Assembly: GCF_000181795.1 (NCBI RefSeq) | Contig: NW_003526941.1 | Location: 8,668,140-8,732,139 of the forward strand | Source of the DNA: Trichinella spiralis | Taxonomy: Eukaryota | Length of the DNA stretch: 64,000 nucleotides | Direction of reading: 5' to 3' | Part shown: positions 27,819-38,741 of the stretch, one piece after another | Layout: the number at the start of each line of letters is the position of its first letter | Numbering within the stretch: the first letter of the stretch is position 1 | The notes under the pieces: generated by a model | What the model was told of the DNA's origin: nothing | What the model saw: the letters and a program-made list of their open reading frames with translations, nothing else | Database searches by the model: none | Position numbers and translations under genes: made by a program

Positions 27819-29084
27819 ATGACAAGAGCAGAAGTCGAATCAACAACACTACTCATCAAAGCACCGTTGGTCGTCAATGCTGATTCAAGACAACTACTGT
27901 TAGTGCTTTTGCTGCTGCTAGTGAACGGAAAACAGAGCATGGCCATCACTACCATCACGACTACCACCACCACCTCTAGTCCTGCTGTAAGCCAAAATTC
28001 TTGCGTCGAATATTCGGATTACGTGTACGAAATTCACAAAGATTTGACCAGAGAAGGCTGGATTCGTGGCATATTCCTAATCTGCTATTTGGTGATTTTC
28101 ATTGCCGGCATTACTGGCAACGTCTGCGTGATTATTTCCGTGGCTCGCAAGGCCAGCTTGCAGTCGGTGCGCAATTTGTTCATAGTCAGCCTGAGCTGTT
28201 CGGATATTGTTGTCTGCTTGACGTCGTTGCCAATAACACCGATTACAATTATACGAAAAAATTGGCTATTCGGTCTGCCTCTCTGTTACATTTTCCCGTT
28301 GTTGCAGTGCATGAGCACGATCATATCCACGTTCACGCTGATGGCAATCGCCATAGACCGTTTCATATTGATAATTTATCCAACCAAACCGCCGCTGAAC
28401 CGTTGTCACGCGACGACAATGATCGTCGCCATTTGGACCCTGGCCATTTCGATCAGCATCCCGATGCTGTTGCATTACAATTTGTACAAAATACCCTATC
28501 ACCAGGACGGAAACGTGACCGTCTGGTATTGTGGCTACTTTTGCGACGAAACGTGGCCGAACTTGGAAGCGCGTCAAGCTTACGGCAGTATTGTGCTTGT
28601 GTTGCAGTTCATCATTCCGCTTATTGTGATCACGTTCTGCTACGCGAGCATTTCGTTACGGGTTGGCAAAGGGGTTGCACTGCGCCAAGGGGGTAAAATG
28701 CTGCTGTCGAACGGCGCCGGCGCCCCGGATGCCCTGCTGACCAGGCACAAGGTCGCGCTGAAGCGACGTCAGCGTACCAATCGCATGCTGATCTCGATGG
28801 TGGCGGTATTCGTAGCCTGTTGGTTTTTCCAAGTGCTGCTCAACGTGCTCCGAGATTTCAACGCCACACCGTTGGCGATCGCGTCCCAGCCGTACTTGTC
28901 GTCGCTAATCGTGCACTGCATAGCCATGAGCTCGACACTGTGGAATCCAATTTTGTACGCCTGGCTGAACGATACGTTCAGAACCGCCTTTTACGAAATA
29001 CTTCCGTTCATGTCTGTACTGTGTTGCATATCCAAGCCAGCTGCAATGGAAGGTCGATTTCGTTCGGACAGCATCATTGATTAG
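27819..29084 (+). CDS. Class A neuropeptide GPCR, NPY-like/sNPF-PrRP receptor group (nematode NPR-4/5/10-like)
   Basis: Intronless 421-aa ORF with seven hydrophobic helices: GN in TM1, LQSVRNLFIVSLSCSDIVV, AIDRF, C.E.WP in ECL2, QFIIPL, RTNRMLI, LNVLRDF, HCIAMSSTLWNPILYAWLN. A TTTTCAG acceptor ends at 27805, just upstream of the ATG. An alternative start is possible at 27939. Confidence 0.9.
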   Translation: MTRAEVESTTLLIKAPLVVNADSRQLLLVLLLLLVNGKQSMAITTITTTTTTSSPAVSQNSCVEYSDYVYEIHKDLTREGWIRGIFLICYLVIFIAGITGNVCVIISVARKASLQSVRNLFIVSLSCSDIVVCLTSLPITPITIIRKNWLFGLPLCYIFPLLQCMSTIISTFTLMAIAIDRFILIIYPTKPPLNRCHATTMIVAIWTLAISISIPMLLHYNLYKIPYHQDGNVTVWYCGYFCDETWPNLEARQAYGSIVLVLQFIIPLIVITFCYASISLRVGKGVALRQGGKMLLSNGAGAPDALLTRHKVALKRRQRTNRMLISMVAVFVACWFFQVLLNVLRDFNATPLAIASQPYLSSLIVHCIAMSSTLWNPILYAWLNDTFRTAFYEILPFMSVLCCISKPAAMEGRFRSDSIID

Positions 29085-29633
29085 AATTGAAGAAAAAATC
29101 ACAATTAGTGAGTTAGTTGATTGTTCAACTGTAGCGTCCACTACACATATACATGTGTATACATATATATATACGTACAATAATGAATGCTTTTTGTCAT
29201 TTTTCTCATCACTTTGCTTATTATTATTTTCATTGTTTTTATTACTTCTTCTTTCTTCTTTTGCTGTTGAGAGGTAATTTTCATTCTCTCTCTCTCTCGC
29301 TCTATCTTTGCTTTTTTCGTAAAAATTTCTTGTTATCAATTTCCATTTCTCTACATATGCTCCAAGTGAAATCAGAACGGTGAATAATAGAAAACTATGA
29401 TGATCAATTTGTGTACCCTTGGTAAATTATTTTTGCATGTCAAATATGCTAAGTTAATCGAATGGAATGGAATGAAATGAAATCAAATGAAAAAAAAAGT
29501 TTTTTCCTCATTCAATCGAATAAATAAATGAACAAACAAAAAAGCCAGATTAACTAAACTTGATAATATTTAGTAAAATGGAAGCCCAGTGAGTAATTAC
29601 GTGAAAGAAGGAACGTAAACGAAATTACAACAA

Positions 29634-29686
<53 letters not shown>
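29634..29686. repeat. (AAT)~17 microsatellite between the convergent GPCR and insulin receptor 3' ends
   Basis: Read directly from the sequence. Confidence 0.9.
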
Positions 29687-29687
<1 letters not shown>

Positions 29688-30933
29688 CATGCACTTTATA
29701 ATGAATCAATTACGTGTGAACATTATGCATAATGTGTTCCAATTCCACCACCATTAAACTATTCTATAGAGGATAGTTGAGTAAAGGAAATTAAATGAAA
29801 TGAGACGCGCATTTTCACTTCTAGCTGAGTAAAACAAAATCCACACTACAACATGAACAAAACACATTTGCAAACTATGAAAATAAAAAGTCAAGAAAAA
29901 AGAATCAAACAAACTACTACAATGCTAAGTATTGTGATTTTTTGCAAAACAATGTGCAACACATACAAAACAACCATTTCTGATGATACAATAGTCAAAT
30001 TTTTTTTATGAACATCCCTCTGACTTTGTGTTTTCACGTTTCACATGTTTCCACTTTTCGAAAGCAGTTTTTTTGTTTATTGTTTCAGAAAAATAACAGA
30101 CGCATCATAGAGACCTGGTGAACAGAGAACAAGCAGAGCATCAATCAGTCCACTGGATGCATACAAATAAATGAAGGGAGACTTTTTTTTATGAAAAAAT
30201 GATAATTTAAACGTTTTTTTTCCAACATCCTTCTTGTTTGGTTGGCCAATCTTGAATAAGAAGAGGAATAAACAACGATGTGCATCATCCGTGTAACAAA
30301 GAGAAGAAACAAAACTAATCTCCATCTGGCCATTATTATGCCGCGCCAAACAAAAGCATATGCGAGAAGTAGAAAAATTCCATCAAATTACTACGATTGA
30401 CGAGCCGTCCATGGAAAACAAGAAAACAATCTCAGACCAACCACAATAAAAAATAACGTTGAGTTTGTATAGAATGAAGAATGTCTTTTGTTCATATGTG
30501 TATATTATATCACATTTTGTTCGCAATCAATGAAAAACAAGAGAATAAATAATGAAAATGACGATGATGATGATAATAATAAATAGGAGATCTTTCAGTC
30601 ACCGGAATATCGTTGCAACATAGGCATATATATGTTAATTAGATGTGAAAGAAGAAAAAAACGAATATCCGGTGATTTGGAAGAGATGCGACAAACAATA
30701 TTGCGTAGTAACGACAAATGAGCAAAAACAGTGATAATAATAGTAATGATAATGGTAATAACTGTCGTAGAAGTGGTAGCCAGAGAGAAAAAGTTGTAAA
30801 TGATGAGGAAAGCTGCTTTCATATAAGAAGAAGAAAGTTGAAAAGCAGCTAACATGACCAATCAGGAGGACAGTTTTAACGAAAAGAGAAGAAGCATAAA
30901 AATAAGAATAAAAATAAAAGTTACTTGTTGCTG

Positions 30934-33900
30934 TTAATAGAGTAACGAGTTGAGTTGTGGCCAGCTTCGATGAGGTCGAAATAGTGGTGGAATTGCGGCC
31001 GGTGTACGACTTTGTCGGCAAATACCGGCGGCGTTCAAGCGCAAATGCCTGCTTTCAAGATGATGATCATCATCATCATCCAGATCCTCCGCTTCTTCTT
31101 CTTCTTCTTCTGGTAATGCATTTCCAGAAACAAGCATCTCGAAAATACGATCCGGTATCAGTCTGGGTGTGACAGTTTTGCACAACTGTTGCGGAGCAGG
31201 TTGAACAGTAACAATGTCGTCGTTATGCCGATGGTGGTCAGCAAATTCCGACGAATTGCGAGCAGTCAAAAATAATTTGGATTCGGAAAATGAGCCGGCC
31301 AACAAATTGTCCGGTATGTGACCGCACAAGGCGAACGCGATTTCACCAAACGAAGGCCGATCCCGAGGATTGGCACTCCAGCAGAGGCGCATCAGCTCGT
31401 AAAAGCCGGGCGGGCAGTCGGCGGGCCTGGGTAACAACTGACGCCGTTCGACTACACGCTCGAAAACCTGCTCGTTGGACAAACCGGCGTACGGTTGACT
31501 GGCCAGCGTGGCAATTTCCCACAGTACCACACCGTAGGACCAGACGTCGGATTTGGAAGTGAATTTGGCATCTTGTAACGCTTCGGGCGCCATCCAGCGG
31601 ACCGGCATCAGGCGCCGACCGCGAGGTCGGTAATAATCTTTGACGTAGACGTCGCGCGCCATGCCGAAGTCGCCAATTTTGCAACAGCCACTAGCCGAAA
31701 CCATGCAGTTGCGCGCCGCCAAATCGCGGTGACAAAAGCGAATCGCCTCCAAATAGGCCATGCCGTCGGCAATTTCCGCCGCCATCGCGTACAATTCCAG
31801 ACGGCCGGGTGCGGGCGTCGCGGCGCCGGGACGTCTGCTGCGCAAATAGTCGCGCAAATTGCCGTTCGACATCAGCTCCATGACGACGAGAGCCGGTTGG
31901 CCTTCGCTGACCACGCCGTAAAGTTTGACGACGAATGCCGTGTTGAATTTTTTCATAACCGACGCTTCGACCAAAAAATGCCAACGGTCGTAGACAGAGC
32001 CGTTCTGGGAGACGGTTTTGACGGCGCAGTCGCCGAATCGCACACCGCAACTGGAAACCACGTCCCGGCCGCGGCCGGCGTAGACGGTGCCGAACGAGCC
32101 GCGACCCAATTCGTTCAACAATTCCACGTCCTGCCGACGGAGCTCCCATTCGTCCGGCTCGTAGACTTCCAATTGGCTGATGTATTCGGGATTGGCGGAA
32201 AAGACGTGCTGCACGTAGCCGGGCAGCATGCGTTTCAAATGGCGACGCGACAACGCCACGGCCAGAACCACGCCCACGCCGATCAGTACCAACGAACAGC
32301 CGACACTGACCACGAGAACCGACGTGTCGAGTTGACGGGGCGCGTCGACGATGACGAAGTGGAACTTGCGGGTCCAGGGTCCACGTTGGGCTAGGGAAAC
32401 GGCCCGCACGCGAAACGAATAATTGCCGGCACTGAGGTGGCGAAAGTGCATGCCGCCGACGGCGGCAAAGTCGGCGCCGGTCGTGCATTCGCGTTTGGGC
32501 TTGGCGGCGCCCGAGTCGGCCGGATCCGCTTCGCGCGCGTACTCGACCTCGTAGGAGACGACAGCGCCACCGTTCGGCTCCGCCGGCGCAGCCCAGCGAA
32601 CGAACAAATGGTAAGGGGAATGGGCGGATCCGTTGGACACCGACACGCTGTTCTCGTCAATCGCGTCTTTCGATTCGACCATCAGCGTGCTCTGGATCAC
32701 GAGCGCTTCGCGACGACTGCAAAAATTCTCCACCACCGACCGATTCTGACAAGCCCATATCCGTATCTCGTAGGTGGTAAAATGGTGCAATCCGGTCACA
32801 GTGTACCGTCGGTCGGACACGTTCACCACCATCGGTTTCAACCAACGGTTGTAGTTGTTGTTGTTGTTGCTGTTGTTGTTGTTGCTGCTGTTATTGCTGT
32901 TAGTCAGGGCTAAATCGACCGGCTCTTGTAGACCGTGATGACGCCGATGGCGACTGTTGCGCACGAATACAATATTGTGGATGATATTTTCAAACAGAGC
33001 GCGTTCTTTCTGCTCGTTGACCAACAGTTCAGGATCCAACAGCGCCGATGCAGACGAATTCACGGTGCCGTTGTTGGTCGTGTTCAGCTGGTGCTGCTGG
33101 TTCCACAAGCTCGGCTGACATTCGCAGCATTTGAATTGGGCACAGACGCCGTTGCTCGAACCCCCCTGACCGGAGCTGCTGTTCTTGCCACGGTCGGTCT
33201 GGGACGAATAGTCGGGCGGTTCGTCGCAGAAATTCCGCTCCGACCACAACGGCCGCTTCTTCGGCAACACGCTCAGCATGTAGTGGGTGACGTCACCGTT
33301 GGGCTTGACCGGCGGCAACCATTCGACCGTTATCGAATCGGGCGTCAAACTTTCGGCCCTGGTCACCAACACCGGACTCGGGTGGCCGAATGCCGTGCGC
33401 ACGTAAATTACCTTGGACACGCCACCACGGGCGCCGGGCGAATTGACCATCAGCGTGGCCAGGTAGAACGCGTAGCGCGTGTACGGCTGGAGGTCGGTGA
33501 CGAAAGCGCCGCGTTCGGACGTCTGAAAAAACATCATCTTCCAACTGTCGTGACAGGCGTCACGATTTTCGGCGATGCTGACGTTGCCCGCCTCGACCGG
33601 CCTGTAGTAGAGCTGGTAGCCGAGAAACATCCGGTGGTCCATCATGCTCGTGTTCCACGAGTCCCACTGGATGACCACCAAGTCCGAGCCGACGAACCGG
33701 CACTCGATTTCTAATTCCAACTCTTCGCAGACTGCCTTGTCGCCGTTCGACATCGGCGAGACGTCCAAATCTTGCAAATTGTCCCCCAAACCAACTTGAA
33801 CAGCCAAATCGACGATCGTCTTGTAGCAGAGGTGGGGGTTGTTGTGGAATTGGAGACGGCCGTTTTCGATTCGCAGTTGTCTGGCACCGGCCGAGTCGTC

Positions 33901-35301
33901 GAAATCCCATAGCATCGACAAGTGGTGATTTTCGAACACCGACAACGCGTACTTGTTGTTCCAGAGCTTGCGACCGCGGATCAGGCGCAAATTGCGCAAC
34001 ATATTCAACGAGACCAGCGGAGGCGAAAACGACACTTTCAAATAGTCGGTGATTTCGCTTATATTGCCCAAATATTCTTCGAGCTTGCCGGCCACGTTCT
34101 TCGTCAAACCGCCCTGCATGGTGATATCCAAGGCGCCCAGAACGACGTCGCAGCCGCGGAATTGGGCCGCTTCGGCCAGACTGCGCACGTCGCCGCCGGG
34201 GCATTTTTTCGAACAAGCGCCGGCGCAGGGCGTGCACAGACGCCGGTCGGCGGGATGTTCGTCGTAGCCGGCCGGGCAGTGGAGCGAGCAGAGGCGACCG
34301 GCGTCGACCGCCTTGTAAAGCAGACTGTGACCGGTGCGCTGATCGACCACCGGCCTGCGTTCGCGGCACTGGCGCCTGGTGACGCAGCGGCGCTGTTCCA
34401 ATTCGAACAGCCCATCCGGGCATTGGTCCATACATCGGCCGTTGTAAGTGACCCGCCTGCAGGCCATGCACTGGTGGTCGGCCGGACCGGTGCAACCGCC
34501 GGCGCAGCTCCGGTGGCAGCAAAATGGCCGTTGGCCGTCGGCCGTGGTGCCGTTGCAGGCGAGACCTTGGCGGGCGCAGTCGACGGGACAAGCCAACTGG
34601 CAGTGGTCGTGGTTCCAGCAGGCACGCCCGTTGCGGCGTTCCAAGCAGAGCCGGTCGTCGCCGACGCACTTCTCCGAGCACAAGTTGGCATTTTTGCCGC
34701 CTTCGATCACAACGTGAGCGTACGGTTCGCGGCACAGCTCCTCCCAGGCGACCGTTTTCGCGTAGCACAGTTCGGGATTGTTGACAATGCGCACACCGCC
34801 TTTGCTAATTTCCATCAAATTGGTCAAGCCGATTTCACGCAAATTCGGATTTTGGAACAACACCAACGCGTAATTGTGGACCAGACTGTTGCCCCGTATG
34901 AGGCGCAAATTGGGAAACAGAGAACCCAACGACTGCAAGCCGAGCACTTGGAACACCAAAATTGAGCCGGTAATTTCGCGCACGTTCGGCATGGTCACCA
35001 GGCGAAAATCGTCGTCGGTCAAATTTTGACTGGTCATCAACGTCAGGCGGACGTCGCCTTCGACCACCGTACATTTGGAATGCAACAGACGCAGGCGGTC
35101 GTCCAGGTCGGCGTAGAATTGTCTGGGCGAATTGCGCATCGCGAACCCCGAACAGACCACTTCGTCCATACCGCGGCATGGTGGAACCACCAGCGGCAGC
35201 AGCAGCATCATCACCGCCACCGACGACCACAGCATCAACAACAGCAGCCCACCGCCGGCGCGAACGTTCCTGCCGAACAAACAAGAGGTAGTAGTGGTCA
35301 T
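30934..35301 (-). CDS. daf-2: Insulin/IGF-like receptor tyrosine kinase (DAF-2/InR family), intronless CDS, 1455 aa
   Basis: Signal peptide, L1 (CTVVEG, LFPNLRLIRG), furin-like Cys-rich region, L2, three FnIII, alphaCT-like FENIIHNIVF, RHRR cleavage site, TM, SANPEY, kinase with GRGSFG/CAVK/HRDLAARN/DFGMARDVYVKDYY. The ATG at 35301 has a CCGCC-ATG context. The first 31 residues of the ORF-track protein derive from an intron and the 5'UTR. Confidence 0.95.
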   Translation of the reverse strand: MTTTTSCLFGRNVRAGGGLLLLMLWSSVAVMMLLLPLVVPPCRGMDEVVCSGFAMRNSPRQFYADLDDRLRLLHSKCTVVEGDVRLTLMTSQNLTDDDFRLVTMPNVREITGSILVFQVLGLQSLGSLFPNLRLIRGNSLVHNYALVLFQNPNLREIGLTNLMEISKGGVRIVNNPELCYAKTVAWEELCREPYAHVVIEGGKNANLCSEKCVGDDRLCLERRNGRACWNHDHCQLACPVDCARQGLACNGTTADGQRPFCCHRSCAGGCTGPADHQCMACRRVTYNGRCMDQCPDGLFELEQRRCVTRRQCRERRPVVDQRTGHSLLYKAVDAGRLCSLHCPAGYDEHPADRRLCTPCAGACSKKCPGGDVRSLAEAAQFRGCDVVLGALDITMQGGLTKNVAGKLEEYLGNISEITDYLKVSFSPPLVSLNMLRNLRLIRGRKLWNNKYALSVFENHHLSMLWDFDDSAGARQLRIENGRLQFHNNPHLCYKTIVDLAVQVGLGDNLQDLDVSPMSNGDKAVCEELELEIECRFVGSDLVVIQWDSWNTSMMDHRMFLGYQLYYRPVEAGNVSIAENRDACHDSWKMMFFQTSERGAFVTDLQPYTRYAFYLATLMVNSPGARGGVSKVIYVRTAFGHPSPVLVTRAESLTPDSITVEWLPPVKPNGDVTHYMLSVLPKKRPLWSERNFCDEPPDYSSQTDRGKNSSSGQGGSSNGVCAQFKCCECQPSLWNQQHQLNTTNNGTVNSSASALLDPELLVNEQKERALFENIIHNIVFVRNSRHRRHHGLQEPVDLALTNSNNSSNNNNSNNNNNYNRWLKPMVVNVSDRRYTVTGLHHFTTYEIRIWACQNRSVVENFCSRREALVIQSTLMVESKDAIDENSVSVSNGSAHSPYHLFVRWAAPAEPNGGAVVSYEVEYAREADPADSGAAKPKRECTTGADFAAVGGMHFRHLSAGNYSFRVRAVSLAQRGPWTRKFHFVIVDAPRQLDTSVLVVSVGCSLVLIGVGVVLAVALSRRHLKRMLPGYVQHVFSANPEYISQLEVYEPDEWELRRQDVELLNELGRGSFGTVYAGRGRDVVSSCGVRFGDCAVKTVSQNGSVYDRWHFLVEASVMKKFNTAFVVKLYGVVSEGQPALVVMELMSNGNLRDYLRSRRPGAATPAPGRLELYAMAAEIADGMAYLEAIRFCHRDLAARNCMVSASGCCKIGDFGMARDVYVKDYYRPRGRRLMPVRWMAPEALQDAKFTSKSDVWSYGVVLWEIATLASQPYAGLSNEQVFERVVERRQLLPRPADCPPGFYELMRLCWSANPRDRPSFGEIAFALCGHIPDNLLAGSFSESKLFLTARNSSEFADHHRHNDDIVTVQPAPQQLCKTVTPRLIPDRIFEMLVSGNALPEEEEEEAEDLDDDDDHHLESRHLRLNAAGICRQSRTPAAIPPLFRPHRSWPQLNSLLY

Positions 35302-35334
35302 GGCGGTGACATGCGAACAATTTTCACTTCGATT

Positions 35335-35400
35335 CTGAAATAAACAAGCAAACAAACAAACAATTTCAGTGCGGTTCCCATTGACGACGGTCACTTGTAC
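35335..35400 (-). other. 5'UTR intron of the insulin receptor gene
   Basis: Minus-strand AAG|GTACAA donor at 35400 and TTTCAG acceptor ending at 35335. The upstream exon has an in-frame TAA, so it is non-coding. Confidence 0.6.
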
Positions 35401-38400
35401 CTTCGGTTAGTGGTGAAAGTGTTCCAGTAGAATTCATTCGTATTCAATAGCGAAATTTGCCAGGAAAAATATTTTTCACAAAGCGGACGAATGAACTTTC
35501 GGCTTCGGCTACAGACAAACAAACAAGCAATTTAAAAAAAACACTTATTCAAATATCTCGATAAACAAATGAAAATCATCACAGTCCAATCAAATGCCGA
35601 ATTCAATATTGCACGCTGAAAAAGAGACACGTCATTCGAACAATGCGCAATTTAGTTCGATGTAATTCAATGACGCAACAGTGAAAAAATTACATAACTG
35701 ATAAACATTTTTAATGCATCAATTTTTTCCATGATTAAGTTTCATGAAATGTGAAGTAATTACAATATTTTTTCATTTGTTCAAGAAAAATAAAACTAAT
35801 GAAATTCGACAAATTGAACAAGTGTTCAGAAGAAATGTTCGACAAAAGGAAAAATAGACCTGCAACGATATATATAACAATAACAATCGAAAATTGACAA
35901 TAACAACGACGATTAATTTTTGAAAAAATATTTTTCTCCGTATTTTTTTTCCTAATTATGAATCTATCTACTGTTGATTCATTGTGCAAACAGAAGTGAA
36001 TAATTGTCCCATGGATCAAAAACAGTACATTATTGACCGCTTTAATCAGAGTAGTTCTTTCTGAAATTTAAATTAAAAAGCAAAAAAAAGCAGAAAATAC
36101 AAATTAAGAGTATTGATTGGAAATTAAATAACATTTTTGCCCTGTGAATCAACAACTTCCACGTCCGCTGACGAATCAACTCGAGCACCAATGGAAATAA
36201 ACATATTTTGAAAGGAGAAAATAAAGCAAAGATCGAACTCATATAGCAGTTAGCTGACTGATTAGCTGCGACCTTCAACGTAATCGAACAAGCCTGCGGC
36301 TAGAAATCAAAGCAGAACTAAGCATGAAAATATAAAAACAGGATGCGCCAAATTCAATGCAAACAAATGAATAAATAGTTGAGTATCAAAAAAAAAACAA
36401 AAGGAAAAGCAACCACACCCTCTTGATAATGCTACATCAAAAATTTGCAATTCAAAAAAAAACATATACAATTCAATGTTAATTTCGAATACTGGTAAAA
36501 AGCTGGTGGAAAATCCATCCTCGCACAAAGGCATATTATAATCACTTTCGAAAACACAATCTGTTCAAATAAAAATTGATCGAATGCCTGAAACCATTCG
36601 TTTGCCTCTTTGCGCTCGTTTTCCAATTAATTTTAATGTAAAAAAAATATGCTACAAATACGTAATGCTTTAAGTGGCATTTAATGTAAAATTGAAAGAA
36701 TTAATATCGAATTGATTAATTATTCCACTAATGAATCTACATCACCGATGGCAGAGCAATCATTACTGAACGGAGAAGAAAAAAAATTTCATTCCTGAAT
36801 AAAATTTCACTGACCTACAAAAGTCAGAAGTTAACCCGCCCCCCCCCCTTCATATACATATATACATATATACAAATGTATGTTTTAAATTTCTTTTCCC
36901 ACACCCTTGAACGAAAATGAAACAATTTTAAAGGAAAAAAAATGTTGAATAGGCAGCTGCTGCACGTCGGACAAAAAAACACCATTTCATGTGCCACTTT
37001 ATTGCCAGTTCTCATACTTGGCCAAGTCGTAAAAGCGGCAGTGGTCGAACTATGCAATAGTAATAAATTTTGAGAGTTTCCAATAAAAACTGACATCTTA
37101 CATGAAAAAGAATTTCGAACACAAACAAAAATTTTTTTTCATCTCACTAAACTTCCTCCAACGTCCTTCTCTTTTTTCTGGTAGAAGAAAGTTTACACGG
37201 TGCTTGCGCTTTTTCACTTTCAAATAATAACAAAAAATATTCCCGCTCAACTGAATGAATAAAGCAAAAATTTTTTTTATTTAAAGTTGAAACAACATTT
37301 ACTTTTCGACACTAATTTACGCAAAACGATTAATAATAATCTTTACAAAGCTTAAACAAGCATAAACAATGCATTGGCACTTTGCGCACCTTTATTTAAC
37401 AAGTAAATATTGAATTGGTGAAATAAAAATTAACTAATGACTGATTTAAAAAATATTATTGAAACAATTGAACACGCATTTCAGACACGACGCATCAAAT
37501 GAAAAATGCCCTTCGCTTTTGCCAATGTCAAACTGTACATGCAAACGGGTAGAAAATAAGAAAAAACTGCTCGAAAATGTCAAAACAACAATGTTTGCGG
37601 TGCAAACTGATGTTCAAACATGGCAGTTATTAAAATAACATTTTTAGCAAAATAAACAATTCATTCAATTAATTAAATCAACACAAATGGTTGCATCGCT
37701 ACAAAAGTCCACTGAGCCCACCCAGTGCCTGTACAATTGATTCAACTGATGAAATTCGGTGGAAAATGCTGCAAAATTTCAAACTAAAGCATATTTTTTT
37801 CGGAAAAAATATACAATGTAGGTGAAAAAAAATCAATTTTTTAAATTCATCTCATGAGAAAATTCTAAAATCTTCAAAAATAGAATCGAAATTTATTGAA
37901 AATAGTCGAAAATGCTACAACAAAATGTAAAATTTCAACAACCGCTTACCAAGATAGACCAACAACTATGCCAGATGAGCAAAATTATGGTAAAAGATAT
38001 TGGAAATGACTCATGCGCAACAGTAATGCAAAAAAGACAGTGATAAAAAAGTACAATTTTCACAGAGCGGTTGAATTTTCTCGTTGGAAACTTTCTCACT
38101 AAGAAAAGATGACCAAGTTGGAAAATTTGATCAAATTTTTTTTTCTATGACAATTCAAATTTTAAAATAATTTTCATGTTTACTGTAAAATGGAATAAAA
38201 ATTTGAAAAATCTTATTTTGCATTGCATCAATTTAGCTAAACTTTCTGCAAAATAATACTGTTCAGTTGGAAAAATCAACACGCAATTAAAAAACTGTTC
38301 ATGAGTAGCACCTTTTAGTCGGGAAGACCAGAAATAAATCAATTTTCACCTTACGGTATGCATTTTACGCGTGAACTTACAGTTCTTACCCAATTAGTTG

Positions 38401-38741
38401 AATTTACTATATTGTAAAACTAAAATAATTCACTACTATAAAATGTACATGTATCTTCATGATCAAGATCATTACAGAGTTGAATCACAACAAACAACTT
38501 GAAAAATTTCCCAGAATATTACATAAAATATTAATTACTTTAATTTAGATTATCATTTTTTGTACTAAAAATAATTCATTTTTATATTCTTTTCCAAAAA
38601 TATTTCAAAATGACAAAGTAAATGCAATTTGAAAAACTTTTTACCTGATTGTCAAATAAGCAGACTGTAGCGTGTTTGGTAGTTGCAGTTAGCAGTCAGT
38701 TGCTTGTTGCTTGGATTTCGTTACCAGTCCTTTTGTGAGCA

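Noticed and set aside
31290..35343. Many long overlapping and antisense ORFs (up to 402 aa) over the insulin receptor
   Set aside because: Shadow ORFs expected from high GC and codon bias, with no recognisable domains.
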